A stretch of 64,000 nt of DNA, from positions 18,423,045 through 18,487,044 of the forward strand of contig NC_092680.1 in the NCBI RefSeq assembly GCF_964355755.1, in the 5' to 3' direction. Position numbers and translations under genes: made by a program. Below are positions 1 through 44,200 of the stretch, piece after piece; positions within the stretch are counted from its first letter, which is position 1, and each line of letters opens with the position of its first letter. The notes beneath the pieces were generated by a model that was not told the origin of the DNA, did no database searches, and saw nothing but the letters and a program-made list of their open reading frames with translations. This stretch comes from Antedon mediterranea. Its lineage: Eukaryota > Animalia > Echinodermata.

Positions 1-275
1 AGAAAGATTAGCCTGAAGGAATAATCTGAAGTGTTATTTTTGTATCACAAAACATTGTGCTAAATATTTATTTCAGCTTTTTAGATGTAAACAAAACCAA
101 TGCAAAATTAGCATTTCACTTACTATTTTAATTGAACAATATTATTATTTCTTCAAAAGAAGGAAAATGGAAAATTAAGTTTAAAATGATAAAAAGAATA
201 GACTTGTAATTAATAATTTAGATTAATATAAGTTTAAAGCAAGTTTCAATTTTATTTAATTTCATTTGTTTACAG

Positions 276-29771
<29,496 letters not shown>

Positions 29772-32700
29772 CTGCAAACCACCAAGACCTAGCATTATTG
29801 ATGAAGAAAACTGCTTTTTTATCTGCACAAAATACTACTTAAAAGAAGATTTCCTTTAATTAATCTGAATATTTATCATATTATCATATTTGTGTTCTAT
29901 TTGAAAATTATATGTACAGTATAAAACAACCTCATGTTTTCTTTTTTTAGAGAAACGATATGTTTTAAAATAAACATTATTTTGTATGATTTATAAATAT
30001 TTGTAAAATAATGTAGAATATAGAAGGGTTGCATGATCCAATATATTACATAGAGATGTTATATTATCTCTATGTATATAGTTGTAGTGTTGTTATTAAA
30101 CTTACTCGTATATTTCCACAGGAAAAAATATATTTTCAGTTTATCATTCTTATTACTGGATATTCTGATTATTACTAAGTAGAACAATTCAATTCATCAC
30201 AACTTGCAAAGTACAAGGAATGGAATTGTATTAAATGGTTTTATGATTTAAATTTATTCTTGTTTACATTCAAAAACAGGACTCTGTATGCGTCTATGCG
30301 ACTTCCGAAAACAACTCGATTGATTCCAGCAACACAGTCTTTCAGAAAGTAAATATATTCTAATAAAATGGCTTGAAAAATTGACTTGTTAAAACTAGTA
30401 CAAACTGGTTTGAACTAGTTAAACAAATAAATACATGTATACTAGTTTAAACCAGATAAAACTGGTTTTAACTGGCTAAACTAGATGGCACAATCTACAT
30501 TACTGTATACTCATTAGAGTTACTGTCACCTTACATTGTAGATGTTCACTGCACAATCTTATACCTAGCAACAAAATGGTTTAAAACATTTGGTGGACTA
30601 ATTTTTAAATTAATACAACAGGTTATTTTTCTTGCCATAAATGATCATGTACGCTTAAAGAAATGTTATTCGCATGAAAAAAAATGATTGTTTACCCTGC
30701 ATCTTATGAATAACATCATTCCAAAACATTCGCTTAACTTGTGGATTCAACTATCAGGAATGAAAATATAAACAAAAATATGAATGTTTCTTTAATGCAT
30801 GTTTATAGCTGTTTATTCTCCTTACTGCATAGGTGAATGAGTCAGATTGAACTGAACGACATAACATAGCATAATACTGCATATGTTTTCAGGTCAACAA
30901 CAATGTTACATTCCATTACACTGTTATGTTTCAAACAACAGTGTAAAAATCTCATAATTGTTTACTGTACAATATCACTATGTTTGTTTGTTCACTTAAA
31001 AAGCACATAGACCTGAGCTTGATGTGACATGCACAGCATCATATTCTTTCTCATAAAACAAAATTTTGTTCTTATTTTCTGGGGGGAAAAAACAAAAATT
31101 ATTATTTATATGATTCTATCACTCTTGTTTGTTGATGAAATAATTATATTAATTGAAAATCTCATTCATATTTTATTAAAATAAATTTATCCAAACTATT
31201 AATAAATATTTGTCTTATAATACCTTCAACTCAACATTGTTTACACTGTACAAAATAGCCTTAATAATATAATTTTAAAAATATATATACACATAAATAA
31301 GTAATTTCATTTTTAGTCGGTCTATATCTATTTTGACGATTTCTAAAAACAATTGGAAGAATTCCTGAATTATGCAAATAGGAAAATGTTCAGATTTGAT
31401 TATATTTTTTTATTAGAATTTTAAAACAAAACAATTATGTGTTCTTTTTGCTTCCTGCCACAAAATATATTTCTGTTTTGCAACAACTCAGTATTCTGTT
31501 TCTTCCTGCATCATTATACTCTTTATCTAAAATGTGTTGATGTTCCTTTTCTTTTTTGTAATACTAATTCCTCCAAGGTAATACAAATCTACACCATGGA
31601 TATTATTTGTTTCAACACCGGAACTAAACCTCAAAGCTTTTTTAAGTGGAATTTAGCCTAAACCTTATTTTCGTTTCACCATGGATGTAATACTTAATTT
31701 GATATAAACACAATTGAAACAAAATTAATATAAAAACGATTTGGACTATGATGTTTATATTATGAACTCATCAAGGAAATTTCACTTTCTGTTGTCAGTG
31801 AAAATCTTTCAAGCTTGTGATCTGAGTGTTATACTATGGCCTGTCCATGATATCACTATCTGCACAGTACCTTGTCTGTCGATTAACACCTATATTCTAA
31901 TTATTTATAATGTAAAACCCCTATTAAGAGGACACCCTCAGGAACCAACAGAGTGTCACCTGAAGAGGGTTGGCTGCAGTGGTCCCCTTAATAGGGTTTC
32001 CTCTGAATTGCGGTGTCTTCTTTGATTTCCTTATATCATTCATTCATAATGTTGTTCTTTCATTCTGCTTCTTTTCTGCCATGTTTCAATTCATTTTCGC
32101 TTACTAAACGAATCATGCAAAAACAGTGAAATGTTATGGAATGTATTTGCAAGGTGTAATGTCTGCTATAGGAAAATCAGGACGGTACTGGGTATGGTCA
32201 GCTGTTCTCAAAATTAGGCCTACACATAGAAAGAAAGTGATGAATTAATATTCCCATGGATGAAATATATATATATTTTCTCCATCATATTCCTAATAGG
32301 AAAAACATTTTGGCATACATGGCGTGCCATAACTTTAACTGAAATTGCTGTAAATTTGAGAGACTTGTGGTGAACAGTACCTTTGAGACCCTTTTCACAG
32401 GTTAAAATATTTGTTGACTTTTAGCATTTGACCATATCCAGTACCGTTTTAATTTTTTTTATCATTCAGTATATTTTTGTATTGTCTTGAAATGTTTACA
32501 AAAATCAAATAGTTATAAATTTGTGTTGATTTTAAATATTCTATAAAACTATGACTGTAGTTATTTATGTTCAAATGGCGCCTTATTGTATGAATTTCTG
32601 ACTTAATTTAATTGAAATAGTCTGTATGCACCTTGCTTTTGTATGTTTTAATGATGTTATAATATTATGTATAGATATTTATTTCACATTTAATGATTAC

Positions 32701-33336
32701 ATCTCTATAATATTATCTATAATTTAACCGTATATCATGTGAAGAATAAGTATATATCTTTTTTTTGTGATATATTTAATTAATTCTTGAGCATATTCTA
32801 ATAACAAAATGTCCACAAAAATGTTTTTTAATAACAATGCTTTTAGTTTGGTAACTATCTCAAAACAAGCAGTATACAGTTTCTTTTATTTTTATAACAT
32901 CAAAGAAAACTGTTATTTGTCAATTGTTGAGCAATTTCTAATCGGACTCAAAGTATGGTAGTACGCCGGCTATGTTTAAATGATAATTATAGACAAACAT
33001 ACATGTTAAATTTAGCAAAAATTATACCCTTCAGCAACAAACAGCATGCTGCAACTTTGTTTGTATTAAATAATAACTGTGAACAGAACAATGATTTCAT
33101 TGGTTGCTACTGGACACAATGCCACAACATGAGTAATTGTACAAGTGACAGTTTGGATAATCTATCACATGTGATTGGTCAAATATCTTGTGTTGTGTCC
33201 TAGTTAGAACCAAGCTGATGTACTTACAATTATGTTATTCAAGTTGAGAAAATGTTGTGACCTCATTTGCATAATTCGTAGCTGTATTGAAAACTCATGG
33301 ATTTCAAAGTTTAGACATGCATGTTTACATTCAGAA

Positions 33337-33450
33337 TCTTGTTAGATGATCTTGTTAGATATACTCTTGTTAGATAATCTTGTTAGATATACTCTTGTTA
33401 GATAATTTTGTTAGATATACTCTTGTTAGATAATCTTGTTAGATATACTC
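33337..33450. repeat. Short tandem repeat (tcttgttagata + a/tac)
   Basis: About 7-8 units alternating 13 and 15 bp. Confidence 0.85.
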
Positions 33451-36143
33451 TATAGGTGAAAGCTTTAAGTTAATGCAATTCCATTCCAGTTAGACCTAAA
33501 CATAGGTTATCATTCCATTGATAAATAGAAATTCTGTAATAATGTTGTAAATTAAATACTTTATATAATGTATCTGATAGCAATACACAGTGGTTGCAGG
33601 ACTGATCACATCTTCTATGTTCGTCAAAGTAAAGTAAAAGTGTACTAATTCCTGGTTGAATCATCCACAAACTGGTTTGTCATACCTTCCCCTATCATCG
33701 CAATAATTTCATTATATAATCTGAAATACATTGCTGGTCTATGATAATTCAGTTGAGTGTTGTTATGTCGTCAGTGACGTCAACGGGTAGCTGGCTCATT
33801 TGGGTTACAGCGATATATTTTGCTTAAGCTGCCCCTGCCCAACATTTTTCATTTGTGTATGTTACATTATATGTATGGTTTTGACATGTTGGTAATTAAA
33901 CAAAACATAGCGATATTTTCATAATCGTTTGATGGACGTTTTTGTACACATTCATTAAGGTAGTGTTTGTGGTCTCACTGACAATATCATAAGCTGGAAT
34001 ATGAAAGAAAGAGTTAAATGTCTTTTAAATACGAAAAATGTATTTTGTAGGCGTTATCGCCAAATATATCACTATTTTCTCAATATTGTATTTACTTTGT
34101 GATTTCTATGATATTATATGCCATTTGTAACAAAGAAATGTATTTAAGTTACTAATTTTGTATTTATTGGATCAGAAATCATATTAGATATTGTACTTGA
34201 GTGTGTGTGTGAGTGAGCAAGAGCTCAATGTACAGTAACATTCACACTCTAATATATATATATATATAAACTTTGTAGATAGCTTATTACAAATATTTAA
34301 TTTAGTGTTCAAATCAATTTGTATTAAACAAAATGTTTAATTTATAAACTCGTTTTATGCAATTAACTTTCCTTATTATAATTTGTAAAATAAATATATA
34401 AAAGCCTTGTTTAGAGATTAGAATTGCTGCACCAGACGTCAATTAGTAAGGGTACATATTAGACTTAATTTCCAGATGTCTTCCAATTCATTCTGATATG
34501 GAATACATTCAATTGTCCATTGTTTTATCCCACCACCATTTTGAAATAAATTTTTTCACCGAAAAATATCTAATTTTTTTTAATATTTAAAAAAATAATT
34601 GGGTCATAATGGGTGCTTCTAAGTACATAGCGTTGGATTTAGTTTAGTGTTTTTTTAGTTGTTAATTTCATAGTTTGATTTTTCACATTTATTTACTATG
34701 GAGTTGCAACAAAACTGAACACAAATTTTTGAAGTCGTTTGAAGTTATTTAGTCCCACGTTTTTACAGCATTTAGATGAGTAATATTAAGTAATGGAAGT
34801 TTGTTTTCTAATATTACTTCTGTAAATAATATAGGCCTTGCTCGGATATATTTGTATTGTATGTATTTCTACTCTTATATAAAATTTAACAGAATGTATC
34901 AATCAAGATAAATTTGTTTTCCCTTAACAGTTAATACTTAAGTTCCTAATAAAGTATTAATTTAAAGGTTTTAATTAGGCTTAACAAAACTGTATGTGAT
35001 ATATGATTAAATGTAAACATCTTCTAAGTTTACAAGTGTCATTAAGAAACATAATTTGTTTATAATAGCCAGCCCAGTCTACACTTCAAACTTTGTTTTC
35101 AAACTCGAGCAAGCTCTAAGCATGGAGTAACTCCAAGTTTGCAAACACACATTTGAGTAAAGTTTAGATTCTTTGCCAGGCAATACAAAGCCTGGTCTAC
35201 ACTGGAAAACTTGACAGAACTTTGGTTTGCAACAATTGAAGAAGTATTTGGTGCCTGTTTACACTAGTTATTGGGAGACTATCTTACCATCAGGTCATTA
35301 CAAAGACTATTTTCATTTGTTGTGTTGACAAATTAGTTTGTGAAGAACATACTTTTGCAACCTCTCCAGATTTGTTGAAAACAAAGTTCTTTTCCAACTC
35401 TGAGTTTTCCAACCATAAGTTTGCTAGTGTAGTATACATTTTCATTCACTGTGTTTCCAGATTTCGAATCATACAAAAATAACATCAAACCTATTACATA
35501 ACTCTTCTTTCTTTCAGTAGTTATTCTCTGCTTTTGTATTATACATTTCAAACATTTAGTTTTAATTTATAAACAGTATTGTTAATTGATAAATCTGAAA
35601 ACCTTTTTTTTTTTTTTGCTTTTTATTACTTGGTTTTCAGGTAGGCCTACATTGTTTGACCTGTTAGGCTAATGCTTTCAACTCTAGAATTGTATTTTGT
35701 ATTTTTAAAAAGATTTGTACAAAGTTGAGATCACTAACAAATGCTATTGATAACTGTTACAAGGTCAGAATTGCCATTTTTTACATCGAACTTGAAGAAA
35801 GTAAAGGATATTCGTGTGGAAATAGAAATAAAATGTTTATCGTTTTATTTCTTGTTTGTGATTTTTTAACAGTTTTTTTTTCTTCAATTTTGTTAATATT
35901 CGTAGCAATGAATCAGAGGCAAATATAGTCTCGTGCTCTTTTTTTAAACGTTTTAATATCACTTTATTTTTCCCAGACTAATCAATATATAAATTAATTG
36001 TAGAAGAAGGCTGGAATAATAAAAACATTGGTAGTGCTACGTAAAAAATAGTAACTAGAGATGGGGAAAGTTCACCTTACACCATACTTCGTCAAACAAC
36101 AAGCTGTTGTGACAGGCGTAGAATTGATGAGACCTAATCGTCA

Positions 36144-36581
36144 TTAATTTATTGTACCATAAGTTGATGTCGGTGTTGGAGTTCTACTTCCGTGTAATTC
36201 ATGCTCCTCCGGTGATTCATCGCCTAATCCTATAGACCAGATATAATCATATTTAAAGAACGCCCATAAATGAATTGCGGATAAAGTTGTACCAGCGATA
36301 CAAATAAAACTCAACCCAACTATTAAAGTTATATCTAGAGACAGTCTGAGACGATAGAATTTTTCTTCAAGATCCTCGTATTCCCGCGCTGACATCGTTC
36401 CGGGATCCATTTGATGTTCTCGCGGCACAATTGAAGCTATTATCGTGAGCACCATCCCAATTACAAAACACGTGCAAGAAATTGTAATTCCTTTATTGAA
36501 TACTTGTTGTATTCTTTCAATCGGGTCTTTTTCAATTGTATGACTATCGAATCGTTCAAGTCGCTGATGAGATGACGTCAT
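36144..36581 (-). CDS. TMEM74: TMEM74/neurensin-family two-TM membrane protein (145 aa)
   Basis: Two hydrophobic helices flank IVPREHQMDPGTMSAREYEDLE, matching the TMEM74 loop as I recall it (IVPREVTVDPNTVAAREMERLE). C-terminal YGTIN resembles YGSFN. An upstream acceptor at 36811/36810 and a CAG|GTAAGT donor at 37780 on - suggest a non-coding first exon. Confidence 0.85.
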   Translation of the reverse strand: MTSSHQRLERFDSHTIEKDPIERIQQVFNKGITISCTCFVIGMVLTIIASIVPREHQMDPGTMSAREYEDLEEKFYRLRLSLDITLIVGLSFICIAGTTLSAIHLWAFFKYDYIWSIGLGDESPEEHELHGSRTPTPTSTYGTIN

Positions 36582-39500
36582 TTTAATTATGTTATTGTTG
36601 GTACGCAGAATATGTTATTCCTTGCTACGTAGAAAATAAAATACATGTGCGTTTGTAACTTGCCGCCGGAAGTTTCATATGATATGGTAGAATATACCAA
36701 TAGAAGCTGCAGAGTTTTAATGCGGTGAAATATATAGGTCACATGGACCTCATTTTCTCTTGCTTTAAAATGACAGTGATTTCCATGATAACAATGTATA
36801 CAGTATGATCTGGAATACAAAATGATTGTTGTGTTAGCTAGTAGAAGTAGGCCTAAAGTACTTTATAATAAATACAAGATTAAACGAATACATTCTTACA
36901 AAAGACAAAAGACATATGATTGTGTTAAAGAGTGGAAAGAAAAAGACAATTATATTTAGTTTGTGTTTATGGAAAATAATAAAAGTTACATCTGACGCGT
37001 CCGTTGTATTAAATTATTCTTAAAAGTTCTATGTTTGTTTAAGAGAGACGCAAGCACATTGATATGAGACAATATACATTTGGTGTATTTGTTTTGTGGG
37101 CATTCTATTAGTGTTTATTCATTTTAAATGGAAATACAAACAATGAAGTTGAAAAACCAAGTACCTCTTACAACAAATAGGACCTGTATTTGTGGGAAGC
37201 CAAACAAACTGAAATTTTACAATTCTTATTCTTATAATTATTCTCAATCTTTGTGGTATGGATTTAGGTCATATTGGCCCCGGTTGTTGGCCTTAGACAT
37301 TATTCCGATATTAATTTACATACAGAACAATTTCTACCTGTGATATAATACAAGTAGTTAATTACTTAGTATGTTTTAAGCCTTTTGGGTCTATCATGCA
37401 GAGGCAGTCCGGGCTCTTCTTATAATGACCAGTGATGAGTACCAGTAGTATACCGTAAAGTGGTGCTATACTGTTGTGGCTTTGAAAGAAAAGGGGTGGT
37501 GTTTTTTTTCGTGCATATAGTTTATACCACGCCAGAAAGAGAATTCATACAGTAGTTAGTAGACTCCCTACTCCTAATGCTATAAACGCCTTGTATATAC
37601 AATAACTAACTGAACATATTGTTGTATTTCAAATCGACGTGTATACATGTGGTTGAGGCGGAATTAAGGGACATCCCTTAATACAGACCGTAGACAGTAA
37701 TAAGTGAGGTACTTGTGGCTTTACCCTCTAATAATTTGTATATGTTATTGATGTGGCTTATAATTGAAAGTTCACTTACCTGAAATCAGTCGTCTCCGCT
37801 CTTCTTATGCCTAAAATCAAGGTAATATGAAGTTATCGTAACACTATGGTTGTAGGCCTACCATGATAATGTTGGTTTATCGAAAAATCGATTAGTAACA
37901 GCTGGCACGATAAAACAACGGACACTGTTACGGTTGATTGCCATGTAGGTTAGATATAAATCGATAGAGTATTGCAAACGTGTCAATGTGATTTATATGA
38001 CCAGTTTGTTTGATGCATCTACAGTACAGCAGGGCCTACAACAGATTCAGAACTTATGTTAAACTTTGTCATTTAATCTTCAAGTGCGAGTGTACCTCGC
38101 CTATCCAGCCACATGTATTGCAGGAGAATCAATCGAATAAAACATTTATTGTTTGAATACATAATAATGGGTATAAGAAAGTTATATTCTGCTTTATTTT
38201 TCCTTTTTTTCACGGACGGCAAAAAAAAAACAGACCATAAGAACTAAATCTTCATTTACAGTGGTATATTGAGTTTAGTTTGAATTATTTTTACAGGCCT
38301 CCTATTAAGAAAAAAATCAACTTTATCACTTTAAAATTTAAGTAAAAACCTATAGCCTAGATTAGGCCTACTTTTTTTTGTAAACTGAATTGAAAATTTA
38401 ATTTGTAAACCCGATTAATTCTTTTGAATATTTGCCTGGTATACTAGCTAACACATACACACCCTTTCAAGAAGAATGTGATGGTATATATTACAATTAC
38501 ATAAAATAAAATGTTGTTTTTCTGAGATTTTCGCGCGCACCATGAAACGAAATAGCCTGTCTTGAAAATGAAAATGAGTCGTTTGTAAATTGTCTGTATT
38601 TAAAATTAAATAATTATATTGGTAATAGAAACTCTATAATTCGTAGCGGATCCAGGATTTTAGAATACTTGGGGAGCGGGGGGGGGGGGCTGAAAATGGT
38701 ACAGACGTAGTGAACTGAACGTAATGTATCATTTGCATTGTAATGGAGTAACAATTTATTAAACCATCGCATAACTAATGCCTGTATTATCACATTTTAC
38801 GACGTGTAGAAAAAAACTGTTTTAATTTCATAATGTAAAAGAAATGATTTTTCGTTTACGGTAGTAGAATTGGCATTGTAGTAGTAGTAGGCCTCTGAAC
38901 AATGTTCCGGAAATAGTGACAGTTTTTTGTTTGTATATATAGCAGACGTACCTTAGAACATGAATGACATGAATGTCCTGCTTACGATGCATTACGTCAC
39001 ATTATGACGTGGTATAGAAACTGTATTCATTTCATAAACGAATTTCGTAACATTGAAGTATGTTTTCCGGGTAATAAACAATGTTTGAGATGAGACATAT
39101 ACCTTTATTACATTAATGTTCTGTTAGGCCCAGTGCATTACGTGAAATATGCATCGTGGTCGATCAAATAGCTTTGGTAGACATTATGTAGGATTATGAG
39201 AGGTCATTAACCCCCTTACAGACACAAGTCGGATGTGATTGGTTTGAGGTGTATATTAATTGTTTTCTATAGGCATATACTGTACTACACAACACACAAC
39301 ACAAATTGAAAATTGGTCATTGATAATTTTAATCAATAAAGAAAAGAACGGAAGCCTGAATTGAATAAAAAGTAAACATTATTAAAATGCGAATATAAAG
39401 AGGCCTATGTATTAATTAACAATTTAAGTGTCGTCATTTACTTTTCCTTTCCAGGAAACCGCTTAGAGGAAGTTGGTTACGATGAGTATTCTGAGGCTAG

Positions 39501-40457
39501 TACAATAAAGCAATACCCTCATAAAGATGATTTCTGGATTCAATTGCTATATTATTAGTTAGTCTTATTTTAAGTAAGATCGTTTTGAATTTAAAATTAA
39601 CTCATCCGAAACATAATGTTGACCTAATGTTGTAGGAGATTGATGGTATATGACTGCAAGTACATTAATAAATAAGGATTTTCTCGTATTTTTCATTATA
39701 TGTTATTATTATTACAGATATTTCTTCAATTAGTTAAAAACTAATAAAGGAAAAGATTATTACTACGCCCATGATTTCCTGATCAAACAAACCTTTTACA
39801 ATCAAATCAAATCAAAATAAACATTTATTTCCTTCAAGAACAAAATCAGTAACAACAATGAAACGTGGTAAGGTTTAAGAATAGAAAATGTAAGGTACAA
39901 ATCAATCATCAGAGAATCAAAAACGAAAGTCAAAATGTCTGTTCTATTCATGGTATTCCCCCAACTCAATACCTACAGGTATTTATTCCTTTAGTAGAAA
40001 GTAGAACGGTTTATATCATTTTCCTTTCAGACTATAAATCAAAAACATTAATGTGATTTTTATATTGATCTATTAGTTGATGAGTTGCCGTTGGACATAA
40101 TAATTAAAAACCATCGCTCGTCAATATTCGTGACGATTTATCTAGTACAAAGTTTTTCTTTTTTTGTTGTCTATGAAAAGAAATTAGTCTCACTGCGTTA
40201 GTTCTATACCTACTGTATTAGGCCTATCAGAAGAATTATAGTAGGCCATATATATGTATACTCGATCGGATCTGATTTAAAAATGGTTAATCGGATAATC
40301 TTTTACGGAAATGTTTTGTTAACGACGGTGATGCGTTTTCTATTTTGGCAGTACGGCACGACTATGATTCTTGTAGTGGAATCATAACATTAATAATAGG
40401 CCTATAGGCCTACTATAACTTATACAATAAAAAGACCTGCTGTAAAAGCCACATTAA

Positions 40458-40769
40458 AGATATATTGTTCCCTCATTTTTTGTTGGGAATATGCCATTTT
40501 AATGTCACATAATAGTTATTCCCTTTGACCAAAAACTGGATCGAAAAAAAAAATATTTAGGCCTACCTGAAAAATTTAATATAAAGCAAAAAATACTTGG
40601 TTTTTAGTTAAAATCAAACGTTTCTTTTGTGTTTTTATAAGTGAAATACTTGTTTTTTTGGTTTTTTTTATACAGAAGTGAATAACTTAATTAAAACTGC
40701 AAAATGACCTATTTAAAGTCTGATTTTATTAATATTCATTTTTCACGTTTTTGGGGACAATATACATCT
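40458..40769. mobile_element. Kolobok-like non-autonomous DNA transposon
   Basis: TTAA|AGATATATTGTTCCC ... GGGGACAATATACATCT|TTAA. Partial copies at about 12268-12425, 25348-25465 and 49140-49225. Confidence 0.7.
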
Positions 40770-41288
40770 TTAATAGAATTGTATGTCTGGATATCATTAT
40801 CATGAAGAAATCCTGCATTTTACAATCACAACATTTATTTTAGAATCAAATTTATCATATAAGCCTAAATACTAGCCGCAAATAATAGAACTATTGTTTT
40901 TGGATTATATAATCATTCTGTATGCTACATAAAAAAATATTGTGTAAACATATAGGCCTAAAACTCCAATTGAGTTATCACGCGTCAATAAAAACAGACA
41001 GAAACCATACACCTACAATAGGTCAGAGGTTAGAAATTCAATCCTATCATTTTCTACCTCGGAAGTTCCAACCGGAGTTTAGTTAGTTATCAACAAGAAA
41101 CCTGTCGAGAAGGATATTATACACAAGAAACTGTATTCGGAGATAAAACATTCATAGAAACAGTACATTCAAGCTTATTTTCGTCAATCTTTTGACGAGG
41201 CATTAATAATACTCGTGATTTGTCTGCTTGATTACGTGTTTTTGTAGCTTACTACCTATACGCCCATCTACCAACTTAAAGCATTGGA

Positions 41289-44200
41289 ATGTTGTTAAGG
41301 ATGAATTTTCAACTGGCGTTCAACCTTGAAGTCATTATATTTATTCTCTCCCTGTGTTTAGAATTGTTTTTTTGTTTTAATTTGGACACAGCTACGCCGG
41401 TTATTCATTCGGGACCTAACAATAGTCATTTTGGTTTTTCATTGTCAGGATACAGAGGTTTGAACACTAATTGGTAAGAATTTCATATTTCATTTTTTTT
41501 TTAGGAATATTTCATAGATATCACCTGCTGTGTTTATAGATATCAATATATATTACATGTACAGTTAAGGAAATGTGTGCTAATGAATTTTAAACAATAG
41601 AAAACGATTCTTGTAATGTATTGAATCATTACATTAATGGGTATATATACATATAAATAACTGATGTAAAAGCCACATTGTATCAGGGAGTTGTAAAATA
41701 AGACTCCCTGATTGTATTGTCTAAATATAGAATGGATATAACACCATGAAGAAATTTAAAATGTCATGTCGACAACTCCTTACGTGGTTTTAATCTCCTT
41801 TCACACATTGTCCCCTTTGTAACTTTTTCTTTTCTAAAGTATATCTGTTATATTTTGTACAATGTGTAAAGAAATAAATTAAATGTACGTGTACATTAAT
41901 TGACGTGTTATGGAGACTGAGGATCCACAGTTATTTCAAATAAACTTACCGATTTATGAATAAAAGAAGTATTATGTTGTGACTACCAGTGCAATATTTT
42001 AATATAATGTATATCATTATGTAGGCCCATGGTGTATGAACAAAAAATATGTTAGAAATATATACTCTGTGATCACCCGGGGAGTGCTCGGGTTAAGCTA
42101 TATGAACTTTAGTATAGAAGAAAAGCGGAGATTAAGATCTTTGCTCATCGTCTCTCCCTCATCATAAAGCTTGCGGTGTGGTGCGGTTCCAAAATCCGTT
42201 TTGTACCTATCCTTGTGTTTTTATTCAACCCCAACCCTTTCCTTAAGAAAACGAAATGTCTGGTTGTCATCAGTTATGTGTCATAAATGACGTCGACTCA
42301 TTAGAACATAAATACTATCGAGAGGTATTTCCTCGACCACATGGGCTTCATCGTTCTTCGCCCACTTTACAAGTCATATGTTTACTATGATGACGTCCTT
42401 GATTGCACGTTGGGAGACGTGTTAAACCCGCAGTAAGAATTTGATAGGTAATGAATTAGCTGAAGCCGACTCTCATAAATTATCCCAAAATAATTGCGTT
42501 AACAATGCTTCTCACTGTGTGTCATGATAATTCTTTAATTGCATTGACCATTTTAATTACATTGACACAGACCGTGTTCGTACGGCGATTGAAATACACG
42601 TTTATTTGGTTTTTACCCTTGGGGTAAAACCCATACGACGTTCGTACGAATAAACAAAGTACCGGTAAGCTGACACGAAACCAATTAAGATCGGAATTCT
42701 TAGGTCAAAAAGCGCCCTCTGTGCGTCGACCCATATCAATTGACATGGCGTGTTGACAAATTCAACTGGATATTGCATGTCGTTTCGCGCGCGAATCGTT
42801 CAATTATTATTTTTCAATCGACAACCAGACCTATATATTTATAATACATCGAATACAATTTACTTTTTAAATAAATAATGATCGAAAATCCTGCTAACGT
42901 ATGTTGTTTGTTGACCACGTGTATTTATCGTGCGAGCCGAACTATTGTTGTGGAAATTCCATTTAATGTACACGCACTGTACCCCTCTTGTAAAAATCAC
43001 CACGTGTATTTATCGTGCGAGCCGAACTATTGTTGTGGAAATTCCATTTAATGTACACGCACTGTACCCCTCTTGTAAAAATCACCACGTGTATTTATCG
43101 TGCGAGCCGAACTATTGTTGTGAAAATTCCATTTAATGTACACGCACTGTACCCCTCTTGTAAAAATCACCACGTGTATTCATCGTGCGAGCCGAACTAT
43201 TGTTGTAAAAATTCCATTTAACACGCACTGTACCCCTCTTATCGTGCGAGCCGAATGGTCGATGTGGTAATTCACAGACACCAGGCTACCACAATACAGA
43301 ACTCCCTGCCGTTACATGTACATTATAAGCCACCGATTCGCAAGTTCAGGTCACCGGAAAAAAACCAACGAGTTGATTATTTATATATAATTTTACAAAA
43401 CAATAGATATACATTCGCATTAACGAAAAAGAACATTTTAAACAATAATTGTTAAACAATCAGAAAGCTTATTTGAGGTCGCGATTTGACATGATCCCGT
43501 TAACGCTTGATTAATTATACCCCGAGGCAGCGTGTAATTGGAATGGGATTGAAATAACCAGTAAAGTTGGTGGATTTTTCGTCCAGATGGTTTTCTAATT
43601 TTTTATAGCCAGAGGCGTAAGTTAATTGCCACACGCGACCTCACAGTTGGAAGTACACGGTAGTTTCAGTCCCGTCCGAACGGGCCCACAGTGTATTGTG
43701 ACGATAACCTGACGATAACCTGACGATAACCTGACGATATACCTGACGATAACCTGACGATAACCTAGACGTACGACTGTGGGCAGGGCCGTACTACTGT
43801 ACATACATGGGCCACTTCTCTGTATGTTAGGCCTATTTAAAATTTAACATAACATTTAACATGTTTTTGTATTTCTCCCCCAACAACCCCCCGCCTTTCA
43901 CCTCATCATTGTACAAACAAGAGAGGAGATTGTCAAAATTAACTCCTACAATACCATGACCATAGATAAATGATGATGATGATGTCGATGATGATGAGGA
44001 TGATGAAGATGGTGAATGTGTGCCTTCATGACAGACTAGGGACCTAATTAATTAACTAAACACCTAATGCCCGTGATTTACCCACTAAAGTGACATCCAG
44101 ATTGTTTTACAAATCAACCATTAATAGTACATGAATAGGCCTCTTGTTCACAAACGTCGGACTCAAGGTAATGTTCTGCAGTCCAACTGAAAACATTTTC

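Noticed and set aside
42930-43221. Two near-identical 68-aa ORFs
   Set aside because: Frame-shifted products of the 85-bp tandem repeat with non-ATG starts.
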